A stretch of 64,000 nucleotides of DNA from a virus. Both the position numbers and the translations under genes were made by a program. Shown in pieces: positions 1 to 9,728 of this stretch. Within the stretch, counting starts at the first letter, position 1. Each line of letters starts with the position of its first letter. The notes beneath the pieces are model-generated. The model saw only the letters and a program-made list of their open reading frames with translations, ran no database searches and was not told the origin of the DNA. The stretch is taken from IMG/VR virus record IMGVR_UViG_3300023174_004481, positions 1-64,000 of that record; one strand, given 5' to 3'.

Positions 1-1
1 A

Positions 2-106
2 TCTTCAGATAAACTATTAAATATTTTTAAAGATTTTAAATTTACTTCTTTAGAGAATGGGATAAAAAATACATATAATCACTATGTGGAAGCTAAACGA
101 GTCTAA
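2..106 (+). CDS. 3' end (partial) of an NAD(P)-dependent epimerase/reductase, GDP-L-fucose synthase (Fcl)/ColC-like
   Basis: Not in the ORF track. Frame 2 reads SSDKLLNIFKDFKFTSLENGIKNTYNHYVEAKRV*, resembling the C-terminal 'KL...F.FT.L..GI..TY' of extended SDR GDP-fucose synthases. Adjacent to colD-like and gmd genes. Confidence 0.55.
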   Translation, partial: SSDKLLNIFKDFKFTSLENGIKNTYNHYVEAKRV

Positions 107-1229
107 CTTTACTCTTAAAGATAAATATAAAATAGCTAAATTTTTCTTTCAAAAGAAAGATATGTGGACTATGGGGGATCAAGTTAAAATATTTGAACGC
201 AAAATGGCAAAATTTGCTAGTTCGAAATATGCCGTATTTGTAGCGAATGGCTCAGTTGCTAATACTTTAATAGCGATGTATCTAAAGGATAAAGTATATA
301 AACCAAATAAAAATATAATAGTATTTCCATCCACAACTTGGGTTACATCCGTTTCACCATTCATAAGAGAAGGTTTTGCGCCAGAATTTATTGATATTAG
401 TTTGGATGATTGGTCAATGGACTTGAATAATTTAGAGGAATTTTTAAAATCAAAAGCGGAAAATGTAGCTTGTATTTTTATTACAAGTCTTCTTGGATAT
501 ACTCCAAATATTAATAAAATTAAAGAATTATCAGAAAAATATAAAGTTAAAGTAATGATGGATAATTGTGAAAATACTTTTGGCGAATTTGAAAATAGAA
601 ATATTAGTTCTTTTTTCACTTCTACAACTAGCACTTACTTTGGGCATCAACTACAAAGCGTTGAAGGTGGTTTTGTTTTTACGAATTGCAAGGATGAATA
701 TGAATATTTTTTAATGGCAAGAAATCATGGTTTGACAAGGAGCGTGCCAGACCCAAAACCTTTTCTAAACAAAAATGTAGATTCAAGATTTGATTTTCAT
801 TTATTAGGTAATAATTTTAGAAATACCAATATTCATGCATTTATTGGGCTTCTAGATTTTGAAAGAATATCATTTTATATAGAAGAAAGAATTCGAGTAT
901 ATAAATACTACGAAAGCAAATATCAACACGCAGATTTATTACCTAAATATTTCGATGATAGATTGCATGTTCCATTTTCTATACCAATTATTTGTAAAAA
1001 TAAAGAGGAAAGAGATAAGGCTTTAGAGTTTTGCAGATATAATCATATTGAAACAAGACCTATAATTTCTGGCAATTTACTAAAACAAACATGTTTTCAA
1101 AAATATGGAGATTATAAAAAGTATAAAAATAGCGAATTTTTAGATCAATATGCTTTTTATGTTGGCCTCCACAGTAAAGTAAATAAAAATATTTTAGATA
1201 AACTGTTAAAATATCTCAATAATATCTAA
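84..1229 (+). CDS. DegT/DnrJ/EryC1/StrS-family PLP enzyme, ColD-like GDP-4-keto-6-deoxymannose 3-dehydratase
   Basis: VANGSVAN, DNCE, ARNHG and ETRPIISGNL motifs. STYFGHQLQSVEGG has His where aminotransferases have the PLP Lys, as in ColD/E1 dehydratases. Confidence 0.8.
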   Translation: MWKLNESNFTLKDKYKIAKFFFQKKDMWTMGDQVKIFERKMAKFASSKYAVFVANGSVANTLIAMYLKDKVYKPNKNIIVFPSTTWVTSVSPFIREGFAPEFIDISLDDWSMDLNNLEEFLKSKAENVACIFITSLLGYTPNINKIKELSEKYKVKVMMDNCENTFGEFENRNISSFFTSTTSTYFGHQLQSVEGGFVFTNCKDEYEYFLMARNHGLTRSVPDPKPFLNKNVDSRFDFHLLGNNFRNTNIHAFIGLLDFERISFYIEERIRVYKYYESKYQHADLLPKYFDDRLHVPFSIPIICKNKEERDKALEFCRYNHIETRPIISGNLLKQTCFQKYGDYKKYKNSEFLDQYAFYVGLHSKVNKNILDKLLKYLNNI

Positions 1230-1230
1230 T

Positions 1231-2283
1231 ATGAAGAAAATTATTATAACTGGCGTTAGCGGTCAAGATGGTTCTTATATGGCAGAACATTGTTTAGCTT
1301 TGGGACATAAGGTTTATGGAATAGTAAGAAGATCCTCTAATCCGAATTATAGCAATTTGATTAATGTAATTAATAATCCTAATTTTAAATTTGTTTACGC
1401 AGACTTATCTGATTTTTCATCTATTGAAAATGCAATAAAAGAAATAGAACCAGATTATTTTATTAATTTTGCAGCCCAATCTTATGTAGGGGCAAGTTGG
1501 GTAATGCCAGAGCAAACATTTGATATTACTGCTATGGGCGTTTTAAGATGCCTAGAAGCTATTAGAAAAAATTCTCCAAAATGTAAATTCTATAGCGCTG
1601 GATCTAGCGAAGAAATGGGGAATGTTGAGTACAGTCCTCAAGACCTTAAGCATCCATTGAAACCAAGATCTCCATATGGAGCAGCAAAAGCAGCTGCCAG
1701 ACATATAACTAAAGTTTATAGAGAGTCTTATGATTTATATGCAATTCATTGTATTTTATATAATCACGAAAGCGAAAGACGAGGAGAAGAATTTGTAACT
1801 AGAAAAATAACAAAAGGCGTAGCAAGAATTAATTACGCTTTAAAAAATAAATTGCCATTTGAACCAATTGAATTAGGAAATTTAGATTCAAAAAGAGATT
1901 GGAGTCACGCTAAAGATTTCGTTGAAGGAATATGGGAAATGCTTAATCAAGAATCTCCAAAAGAATATATTCTTTCTTCAAATGAAACACATAGTATCAG
2001 AGAGTTTGTGGAAAAATCATTTAAAAATATTGGTATTGATGGTCATTGGATTTATATAAACGATGGCAGACCAGAAGATGAAGGATACTATTTAAAAGAC
2101 AATAATAATAATCACATCCTATTAGTTAAAGTTAATCCTAAATTTTATAGGCCAGCAGAAGTTGATCTGTTGCTAGGGGATTCTTCTTTAGCTAGAAAAG
2201 AGTTAAATTGGGAACCTAAAATTTCATTTGACAATCTAGTAAAAAGAATGGTAGAATGGGACGTTGAAAATTACAAACCATAA
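1231..2283 (+). CDS. gmd: GDP-mannose 4,6-dehydratase
   Basis: ITGVSGQDGSY, AAQSYV, SSEE, PRSPYGAAK (YxxxK), NHESERRGEEFVTRKIT, LGNLDSKRDW, RPAEVDLLLGD. Confidence 0.95.
   Translation: MKKIIITGVSGQDGSYMAEHCLALGHKVYGIVRRSSNPNYSNLINVINNPNFKFVYADLSDFSSIENAIKEIEPDYFINFAAQSYVGASWVMPEQTFDITAMGVLRCLEAIRKNSPKCKFYSAGSSEEMGNVEYSPQDLKHPLKPRSPYGAAKAAARHITKVYRESYDLYAIHCILYNHESERRGEEFVTRKITKGVARINYALKNKLPFEPIELGNLDSKRDWSHAKDFVEGIWEMLNQESPKEYILSSNETHSIREFVEKSFKNIGIDGHWIYINDGRPEDEGYYLKDNNNNHILLVKVNPKFYRPAEVDLLLGDSSLARKELNWEPKISFDNLVKRMVEWDVENYKP
2228..2257 (+). promoter_or_regulatory. Putative sigma70-type promoter for the 2264 gene
   Basis: TTGACA (2228-2233), 18 nt, TGgTAGAAT (extended -10). TTG start at 2264 follows after 6 nt. 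Confidence 0.45.
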
Positions 2284-2605
2284 GCTTTGCCAATTTATAA
2301 TTAAAAAATACATCAAAGAAAAATTTAATTGGCCAAGAGAGATTAAGATAGCTCAAAAGCTTACCAAAATATATAAAGGTTATTCCTATTGGAATAATTT
2401 AAAAGAATTAAAATTACCTAGTCTAGCTTGGTTTTTAACTGACGAGGGCAAGGTTTTTATGGCTACCGAATCCATAAAACAAAAGGTGGTTATTGAAAAG
2501 CCTATAAAATACCAACTACAAGAAAATAAAATAGGTGAAGATAAAAAAGTTTGCCAAAAGCCTAAAAGTCTGTTAGAATTTATTACATATGGGAAGAAAA
2601 CCTAA
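2264..2605 (+). CDS. Hypothetical basic protein
   Basis: 113-aa ORF filling the gap between gmd and the recA-like gene, overlapping both. Confidence 0.6.
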   Translation: MKITNHKLCQFIIKKYIKEKFNWPREIKIAQKLTKIYKGYSYWNNLKELKLPSLAWFLTDEGKVFMATESIKQKVVIEKPIKYQLQENKIGEDKKVCQKPKSLLEFITYGKKT

Positions 2606-3731
2606 AGAAGAAATCGTTGAATCATCTGGACCTAGCGCTTCAGATAGATTGTTGTCATTTTTAAAAGATAACAAAGAAGATCATTATAATTTTGAGGACG
2701 AAGTTTATTATAAAGTATCTACTGGTAGCTTAAACCTAGATATCGCTACAGGTGGTGGCTTGTGTCCAGGATTACATAGATTCATTGGAATGAATGAAGG
2801 TGGTAAAACCTCAGAAGCACTTGAAGTAGCTAAAAACTTTCTTAAATCAATAGAAAATTCAAGAGCGTTACTTTTTAAAGCAGAAGGAAGATTAAGCAAG
2901 GAAATTAAAGAGCGTTCTGGAATTAAGTTCGTAACTGACCCCAAAGAGTGGGTTGATGGAACTTGTTTCGTATTTGAATGCAATATTTTTGAAACCGTTT
3001 CAGAACTAATGAAAGATCTTATTCAATCAAATGACGAAAATAAAAGATACATGTTTATTCTTGATTCGGTTGATGGCTTGATGACAAAAGGCGATTCTCA
3101 AAAAAGTATGACTGAAGCGACCAAGGTTGCAGGAGGAGCAGTTATCTCATCGATGTTGATGAAGAAAATTTCCCTTGCTCTTTCCAAGCGTGGTCATATG
3201 GCTATTTTTATCAGTCAAGTTCGATCAGATATTAAACTTGATCCTTACGCTGCGAACAAAGATATTCGCCAAACTACAGCCACTGGTGGAAATGCATTAT
3301 TGCATTTTGCTAATTGGATTTTAGAGTTTGAACCAAAGTTTAATAAAGATCTTATCCTTGAAAAACCAAATGAGAAATACGATGCACTAAAGAATAAAAT
3401 TATTGGACATAATGTTAAGATTGCAATTAAGAAATCCACTAATGAATCTACAAATTCAAAAGTTCAATATCCAATTAAATATGGTCGTAAAGAAGGCTCA
3501 TCGGTTTGGAGAGAGTATGAAGTAATTGATCAAATTCTTTCTTGGGAATTTGCAACAGCCAAAGGAGCATGGGTAACTTTCTCGGACGAAATTATTGCCG
3601 AACTTAAAGAACAAAATTTAGAATTAAAGAAGCAACATCAGGGTATAGATAATTTAAGATCTTATCTAGAGGAGAATAAACCAATTGTTGATTATTTTTA
3701 TAATAAATTTATTCAAACTCTTGCATCATGA
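2589..3731 (+). CDS. RecA/UvsX-like recombinase
   Basis: VSTGSLNLDIATGGG, P-loop GMNEGGKTS, Walker B FILDSV, IFISQVR, TGGNALLHFA. Confidence 0.9.
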   Translation: MGRKPKEEIVESSGPSASDRLLSFLKDNKEDHYNFEDEVYYKVSTGSLNLDIATGGGLCPGLHRFIGMNEGGKTSEALEVAKNFLKSIENSRALLFKAEGRLSKEIKERSGIKFVTDPKEWVDGTCFVFECNIFETVSELMKDLIQSNDENKRYMFILDSVDGLMTKGDSQKSMTEATKVAGGAVISSMLMKKISLALSKRGHMAIFISQVRSDIKLDPYAANKDIRQTTATGGNALLHFANWILEFEPKFNKDLILEKPNEKYDALKNKIIGHNVKIAIKKSTNESTNSKVQYPIKYGRKEGSSVWREYEVIDQILSWEFATAKGAWVTFSDEIIAELKEQNLELKKQHQGIDNLRSYLEENKPIVDYFYNKFIQTLAS

Positions 3732-4147
3732 GATTATTAAATGTTAACGGAACGCTCGTTAACAAAAATGTAAGAAAATATTTAGTAAATTGGGAAGGCA
3801 AAAGTAGAAGTAAACTTCAATACAAATTCAAACAGTTCTTTTATCCTTACTGGAAAAATCATATTGTTTACGAGGAGTTTCCAGTTTACGGAAGTATGCT
3901 TAAAGTTGATTTATTAAATGCAACAAAAAAGATAGCAGTAGAGATACAGGGCGAACAACATGAATCGTTTAATAAATTTTTCCACGATAATTCTAGATTA
4001 AAATACCTTCAAAGCATCAAAAGAGATGTTAAGAAAGAAAAATGGCTAGAGATAAATGAATTTAAATTTCTTCAAGTATATGAATCGGATTTAAAGACTT
4101 TATCACCACAATATATAGAAGAAAAGTGTGGAATTTTAATTATTTAA
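3728..4147 (+). CDS. DUF559/Vsr-like PD-(D/E)XK endonuclease
   Basis: EF...KVD......IAVEIQGEQH...RD..K..W pattern. ATGA overlap with the recA-like gene. Confidence 0.7.
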   Translation: MRLLNVNGTLVNKNVRKYLVNWEGKSRSKLQYKFKQFFYPYWKNHIVYEEFPVYGSMLKVDLLNATKKIAVEIQGEQHESFNKFFHDNSRLKYLQSIKRDVKKEKWLEINEFKFLQVYESDLKTLSPQYIEEKCGILII

Positions 4148-4162
4148 GTGTAAAATTAGTTG

Positions 4163-4426
4163 GTGACTAATAAGAAAAAATTCAATTTTCCAGATGCGCT
4201 TTTAAAGCAAATTGATGAATGCAGTTTCGGTGGATATGTTCTTTTTAATTTCTCAAATAAAGGCGAGCCTCAAGTATTCACAAAGTTTGATAATCAAATA
4301 AATGCTATGGCACTTTTATATTATTTAAATACATGGAGCCAAAGCGTTGACCAACTTAATCTTGAAGCTACAACAGATTTAATTGCTAGAAAAAATGACG
4401 AAGATAACGAAGAAGACGAAGATTAA
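4163..4426 (+). CDS. Hypothetical protein with acidic C-terminus
   Basis: ORF track 4160..4426. GTG at 4163 lies 9 nt after a GTGTAA motif (4148-4153), the spacing seen at other such starts. Confidence 0.65.
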   Translation: MTNKKKFNFPDALLKQIDECSFGGYVLFNFSNKGEPQVFTKFDNQINAMALLYYLNTWSQSVDQLNLEATTDLIARKNDEDNEEDED

Positions 4427-4427
4427 C

Positions 4428-4456
4428 TTGACTTTTAATTTTTAACATAGTATCAT
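4428..4456 (+). promoter_or_regulatory. sigma70-type promoter of the helicase gene
   Basis: TTGACT-N17-TATCAT; ATG at 4465. Confidence 0.7.
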
Positions 4457-4464
4457 AATTGTTG

Positions 4465-5949
4465 ATGATTTATTCTATTCAAGTAGAACGACATGTATTA
4501 AGTGGTTTAATTAAATATCAAAATTTATTCGCAGAAGTAGATATTTTCTTAAATGATACGGACTTCTTTAATGAAGTTCATTCAACTATATATTCCGTCT
4601 ACAAAAGCATAGCTCATAAAGGCGAAAAAGTAGACAAAGTACTTTTAGCGGAAAAGATTAAAAATCTCGGAATATCTTTTAAAGATGATATTAATATATT
4701 TGACTATATTGAAAACTTAGCATTCTCTCAGATTACAGAAGAAGCGACAATGAACGCTTGCAAAGAATTAATGAAATTAAGAATACGTAGAGAGATAATT
4801 CAGACAGCAGATAAATTAAAATCTTTTATAACAAAAAATGGTGATGATGCAATCGATAAAATCATTGCAGAAGCGGATTCTATTTATAATAACAAAATTT
4901 CATCTTATATCTCAAAGGATGAGCCAATCAATTTATTTGAAGGAGTCGAGGACATAATTGAGGAATTAGGAAATAATCCCAAAGAAGACTCTGGTTTAAT
5001 TACTGGCTATCCAGAGTTTAACAGACTTTACGGTGGTTTAAAAAATGGAAACATTTATGCAATCGTAAGTCGTCCAGGTCAAGGAAAATCTACTTGGATA
5101 AATGATATATGCTTTAATGTAGCAAAGAACCCAAAGAATAAAGTAAAAACATTAATTCTAGATACAGAAATGCAGACCTTCGACATTCAATTGAGAATGG
5201 TGTCTTCTATATCTGATGTACCAATGTGGTATCTCGAAACTGGTAATTGGCGCAAAAATGAAGAGATGACTAAAAAAGTTAGAGCAGCTTGGGTGCATGT
5301 TAAAAATTACGAACATTATCACTATCATGTTGGTAGTAAAAACATTGATCAAATCTGTTCAATGATTCGCAGATGGTATTTGTCGAAAGTAGGAAGAGGA
5401 AATCAAGCTCTGATTGCTTATGATTATATTAAATTAACTGGAGAAAAAGTTGGACAGAATTGGGCGGAGCATCAAGCGATTGGAGACAAGATTGATAAGC
5501 TAAAAAGAATTTCAGAAGAAATTAATTGCCCAATCGTAACAGCAATGCAACTTAATAGAACTGGAGAAAATTTTAATAGAAATGCTTCAGCCGTTGTTGA
5601 TGATAGTTCGGCTATTTCATTATCAGATAGATTGCAATGGTTCGCTTCGTTCGTAGCAATTTTCAGAAGAAAAACCTTAGACGAATTAGCTTTAGATGGT
5701 CAACAATTTGGAACGCATAAACTTATTCCAACTAAAACCAGATTCCAAGGTAGAGAAGCAGCGGGGCATCAAGATTTAGTTAGAAGATTAGATGCTACTG
5801 GTAAAGAGACTTGGGCGCAAAATTATTTAAATTATAATGTGCAAAATTTTAAGATTGAAGAACGAGGATCTTTACATGATATCGCAACAAGACAAAGAGA
5901 ACAATACCAATTAAATGATCAAAGCGCAAATGATGGAGAATTATTATGA
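4465..5949 (+). CDS. dnaB: Replicative DNA helicase DnaB-like
   Basis: N-terminal ERHVLSGL domain, ITGYPEFNRLYGG, Walker A SRPGQGKST, DTEM, YDYIKL, AMQLNR. ATG 4465 preferred over TTG 4459. Confidence 0.92.
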   Translation: MIYSIQVERHVLSGLIKYQNLFAEVDIFLNDTDFFNEVHSTIYSVYKSIAHKGEKVDKVLLAEKIKNLGISFKDDINIFDYIENLAFSQITEEATMNACKELMKLRIRREIIQTADKLKSFITKNGDDAIDKIIAEADSIYNNKISSYISKDEPINLFEGVEDIIEELGNNPKEDSGLITGYPEFNRLYGGLKNGNIYAIVSRPGQGKSTWINDICFNVAKNPKNKVKTLILDTEMQTFDIQLRMVSSISDVPMWYLETGNWRKNEEMTKKVRAAWVHVKNYEHYHYHVGSKNIDQICSMIRRWYLSKVGRGNQALIAYDYIKLTGEKVGQNWAEHQAIGDKIDKLKRISEEINCPIVTAMQLNRTGENFNRNASAVVDDSSAISLSDRLQWFASFVAIFRRKTLDELALDGQQFGTHKLIPTKTRFQGREAAGHQDLVRRLDATGKETWAQNYLNYNVQNFKIEERGSLHDIATRQREQYQLNDQSANDGELL

Positions 5950-6605
5950 ACGTAAAATTGATATCTATAACTAAACCAGATATTGAAGGATTACAAAATG
6001 CAGAAGATTTAGTCGCTTACTGCGCTAGAGTAAGTAATCCATCCAATCAAATGAATTCCGAAAGTGCGCCTAAATTGCTTGGCTTCTTGATTAAGCATAA
6101 ACATTGGAGTCCGTTTGAAATGGTTGATATGACAGTTGAAATTAAAACTAGTAGAGCAATTGCAGCGCAAATATTAAGACATAGATCATTTAGCTTTCAA
6201 GAATTTAGCCAAAGGTATAGTATTGCAACGGATTTTGAAGATATTGAATTTAGATTGCAAGGAGATAAAAATCGCCAAGTAGGAGAGAACTTATTAGACC
6301 CAACAGATTTAAGATACGCGGATTTATACACTTCTGTCCAAGAAGCTATAGAAGCATCAACTATTGCTTATAATAAAATGATTCAAGGTGGAATAGCAAA
6401 AGAAGTAGCGCGAATGATTCTTCCTCTAACAACAGAAACAACAATGTATATGAAAGGATCGTTAAGAAGCTGGGTCCATTATATTGATTTAAGAACAGAG
6501 AATAATACTCAAAAAGAACACAGATTAATTGCAGATGAATGTAAAAATATTTTTGTTAAAAATTTTCCAACTATAAGTGAGGCATTACAATGGAAAGCGG
6601 AGTAA
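5946..6605 (+). CDS. thyX: FAD-dependent thymidylate synthase
   Basis: RHRSFSFQEFSQRY signature, HWSPFE, EVARMILP, QKEHR. Confidence 0.95.
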   Translation: MNVKLISITKPDIEGLQNAEDLVAYCARVSNPSNQMNSESAPKLLGFLIKHKHWSPFEMVDMTVEIKTSRAIAAQILRHRSFSFQEFSQRYSIATDFEDIEFRLQGDKNRQVGENLLDPTDLRYADLYTSVQEAIEASTIAYNKMIQGGIAKEVARMILPLTTETTMYMKGSLRSWVHYIDLRTENNTQKEHRLIADECKNIFVKNFPTISEALQWKAE

Positions 6606-7504
6606 ATATTCACGAAGTGTTAACCAACATAGGTTACTCACTTAAAGATTGCGGAAAAGAATATAGAACAAGACCAATCTACAGAGATAGCGATAATGAT
6701 TCTGTTTTAAGAATTTATAAAGATTCTGGAAACTGGGTTGATTTCAAAGAAAATATAAGTGGGGATTTTGCTACTTTAATTAAACTGAGTTTAAAACTGG
6801 AAACTCAAGATCAAGCGAAAACATGGTTAAAAGAAAAAAACTTTGTTGGAAGTACTGTGCTTAAAGACGAAAAACCAAAGATTAAATCTGCAAAAACTTT
6901 TGATAAAGATTTACTTTTAAAATTAAAAAAAGATCACTCTTATTGGATAAACAGAGGAGTCTCCCAAGAAACTCTAAACTTGTTTTTGGGTGGAGTAGCA
7001 GATAATGGCAAGATGAAAAATAGATACGTATTTCCAATTCTTAATAGTAAAAAAGATATCGTAGGATTTTCTGGAAGAGATTTAAATTCCCAAACCAAAA
7101 TCAAATGGAAACATTTAGGAGAAAAAATTAATTGGTGTTATCCTTTATTTTTAAATATTGATGATATTCAAAAATCCAAGGAAGTATTCTTAATAGAAAG
7201 TATTGGGGATTGTTTATCTTTATGGGATGCTGGAATTAAAAATACAATAGTTACCTTTGGATTAGAAGTCAGCGTATCAATTTTAAATGTTTTACTCAAA
7301 GTAGATCCCACTAAAATTTACATATCATTCAATAATGATCAAGAAAAAAATAGTGCAGGTAATGTCGCAGCAGAAAAAGCTTATAATAAATTATTAAGAT
7401 ATTTTGATTCGAGACAATTAGAGATTAAATTACCATCCAAGAAAGATTTTGGCGAAATGAACGCCGAAGAAATACTACAATGGCAGAAGAAACCAAAAAT
7501 TTAA
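6590..7504 (+). CDS. DNA primase (Toprim)
   Basis: NRYVFPI...IVGFSGR, Toprim LIESIGD and SFNND, KDFGE. N-terminal zinc-finger-like region lacks the Cys ligands. Confidence 0.85.
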   Translation: MESGVNIHEVLTNIGYSLKDCGKEYRTRPIYRDSDNDSVLRIYKDSGNWVDFKENISGDFATLIKLSLKLETQDQAKTWLKEKNFVGSTVLKDEKPKIKSAKTFDKDLLLKLKKDHSYWINRGVSQETLNLFLGGVADNGKMKNRYVFPILNSKKDIVGFSGRDLNSQTKIKWKHLGEKINWCYPLFLNIDDIQKSKEVFLIESIGDCLSLWDAGIKNTIVTFGLEVSVSILNVLLKVDPTKIYISFNNDQEKNSAGNVAAEKAYNKLLRYFDSRQLEIKLPSKKDFGEMNAEEILQWQKKPKI

Positions 7505-8442
7505 AAGTTCTTTCAGCCTCTAGAATAAAAACCCTTGAAACTTGTTCTTGGGTTTACTGGAATAATTATCACACTAAAGTTCCTCAATCTCAAAATGATG
7601 GGGCTTTGAGAGGAACTATTTGTCATACGATTTTTGAATTACTTTTAAATAAAAAGCATCTTAAAAATTACAAGAGGATAATCAAAAAGAACGCAATTAA
7701 TGGAGATAAAGGAGTTGATACATTAGTTAAGAAATTAGCTAAAAAAGTTAAACTAGATGATAGTAATTATAAACTATTAAATGATATGATTTTAGTAGGA
7801 TTAAAACATGATTTCTTTGGAGAACATGGAGACATAGTTAAACCAGAGTATTCTTTTGATATTGAAAATCAAGAGCCAAAATACCATATTCGAGGTTTTA
7901 TAGACAAGCCTATTAAAACCAAAAAAGAAATGCATATAATCGACTACAAGAGCTCTAAATATAAATTTAGGGGTGATGACCTTGAGGCAAATATTCAAGC
8001 CATGATGTATAGTCTAGCAAGTAAGAAATTATGGCCTAAATTAAAGCCAATTGTTAAATTCTTATTTCTTCGATTCCCTAAACAGCCAATACAAGAGTTA
8101 ATTTTTACAGACGAACAAATTAAAGGATTCGAATATTATTTGGAGCATATTAATGATTATGTTGATAAATTTGATGAAAATTCAGCTCAAGCAAATTTTG
8201 CAGTAGATAATCAAAAAAATAAATGGATGTGCAAAGTAGGAGGATGGACATGCCCATATAAAGACCCTTATGAATATTATGTCAAATTAAATGACGAAGG
8301 CAACGTAGTTGAAACTAGCTTAGAAAATAATTTTAAAGATATTAAAGGATTTAAAGTAGAAACTAGAAAATATGAAGGTTGTCCAAAATGGCCACAAAGC
8401 CAAGTGACGAAAAGTAGCGATGATTTTGCTGATTTAAATTAG
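7480..8442 (+). CDS. PD-(D/E)XK RecB/Cas4-like exonuclease
   Basis: LSASRI...C, RGTICH, IRGFIDK, IIDYKS, Q..MY; C-terminal Cys residues (WMC...CP, GCP) suggest an Fe-S cluster. Confidence 0.85.
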   Translation: MAEETKNLKVLSASRIKTLETCSWVYWNNYHTKVPQSQNDGALRGTICHTIFELLLNKKHLKNYKRIIKKNAINGDKGVDTLVKKLAKKVKLDDSNYKLLNDMILVGLKHDFFGEHGDIVKPEYSFDIENQEPKYHIRGFIDKPIKTKKEMHIIDYKSSKYKFRGDDLEANIQAMMYSLASKKLWPKLKPIVKFLFLRFPKQPIQELIFTDEQIKGFEYYLEHINDYVDKFDENSAQANFAVDNQKNKWMCKVGGWTCPYKDPYEYYVKLNDEGNVVETSLENNFKDIKGFKVETRKYEGCPKWPQSQVTKSSDDFADLN

Positions 8443-8445
8443 CTA

Positions 8446-8474
8446 TTGACACTAGAATATATATTAATTATAAT
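8446..8474 (+). promoter_or_regulatory. Perfect-consensus sigma70 promoter, probably leaderless transcript
   Basis: TTGACA-N17-TATAAT, then 6 nt, then ATG at 8481. Confidence 0.85.
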
Positions 8475-8480
8475 ACCAAA

Positions 8481-9233
8481 ATGGAAGTACTGCCATTATT
8501 TAAATCTCATTTTAGCATTGGAAGATCTATTCTTACTCTTGAAGACGAAGAGAAAGAAGAAAATCAACCAGACTCTATTATAGATATTGCCAAAGATAAT
8601 AATTTAAAAGAAGTTAATCTAGTCGAAGATAATATGACTTCCTTTCTGCAAGCCTATACCAATACCAAGAAATATAATATTAACTTAAGATATGGATTAA
8701 GGATTTCTATAAACGATGATATGAACGAAAGGTCAGAAGAGTCTCGCCAAAAAACCTCTAAAGTAGTTATATTTTTTAAAAACGAACAAGGCTATAAAGA
8801 TTTAATTAAAATATTTTCAACTGCTGCAAAAGATGGTTTTTATTATGAACCAAGAATAGATTTCAAAACTTTAAAATCATTATGGAGTGATAAGAATTTA
8901 ATATTATGTATTCCATTTTATGATTCTTTCATTTTTAATAACACATTAAGAGGAACAGTTTGTGTGCCAGATTTAGAGTTTACCAAACCAATATTATTCA
9001 TTGAAAATAATAGTCTTCCATTTGATCATATCATTAAGGATAAAGTCTTAGCTTATGCCAAAGCTAATAAACTAGAAACTCTAAACACTAAAAGCATTTA
9101 CTATAAAAATAGCAAAGATTTTAAAGCATATTTAACCTTCAGATGCATTAATAATCGAACTACTTTAAACAAGCCAGAATTGTCTCATATGACTAGTAAC
9201 CGTTTTTCTTTTGAAAGCCTAAAGATCAAATGA
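8481..9233 (+). CDS. Stand-alone PHP domain of DNA polymerase III alpha
   Basis: LFKSHFSIGRS, KNEQGYKDLIK..S.A...GFYYEPRID resemble the DnaE N-terminal PHP domain. Confidence 0.8.
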   Translation: MEVLPLFKSHFSIGRSILTLEDEEKEENQPDSIIDIAKDNNLKEVNLVEDNMTSFLQAYTNTKKYNINLRYGLRISINDDMNERSEESRQKTSKVVIFFKNEQGYKDLIKIFSTAAKDGFYYEPRIDFKTLKSLWSDKNLILCIPFYDSFIFNNTLRGTVCVPDLEFTKPILFIENNSLPFDHIIKDKVLAYAKANKLETLNTKSIYYKNSKDFKAYLTFRCINNRTTLNKPELSHMTSNRFSFESLKIK

Positions 9234-9727
9234 ATAAAAAAGTTAATGAACATGGCACAAAATGCCGACAAAGAGAGGATACAGAAGATCGTCTTATAGA
9301 TTATAGAAACTGGAAATATAAACAAAAATCTTTATGGACAACAGATATAGATCAAGTAGAGTGGGGTAGTGAAAATGGAGAAGATGTTCCAGTTGCGATT
9401 TTAGAAGTTACTAGGATAGATGGTTATCGAGTTCCACCAGATTCATATTTTCAAGATATAGTAGATAGAATGTTTATTCGCGATACGCAAGGAAGAAAAG
9501 CTGTTAAATTAGCAAATAGATTAAATGTTCCAGTTTTTATTGTAGCTTATCTTCAAAGTATGACCAAATTTATTATGTATGATATGAAAAAAAGAGATGG
9601 ATGGAAAATTTTAAATGAAAATCAATATATAGATTGGCATTATAAAATTAGAAATATGGAAAGACCGATAGAACAGTTAAAACAAAAACCAGAAATAAAG
9701 GAAGATCCTTTTGCGGATTTAATATAA
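9230..9727 (+). CDS. Hypothetical protein, possible restriction-fold nuclease
   Basis: TDID...PVAILEV and LANRLNVPVFIV resemble degenerate PD-(D/E)XK folds; weak. Confidence 0.45.
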   Translation: MNKKVNEHGTKCRQREDTEDRLIDYRNWKYKQKSLWTTDIDQVEWGSENGEDVPVAILEVTRIDGYRVPPDSYFQDIVDRMFIRDTQGRKAVKLANRLNVPVFIVAYLQSMTKFIMYDMKKRDGWKILNENQYIDWHYKIRNMERPIEQLKQKPEIKEDPFADLI

Positions 9728-9728
9728 T

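Noticed and set aside
7480-8442. Cas4 as part of a CRISPR system
   Set aside because: No other cas genes or array; context is a phage replication module.
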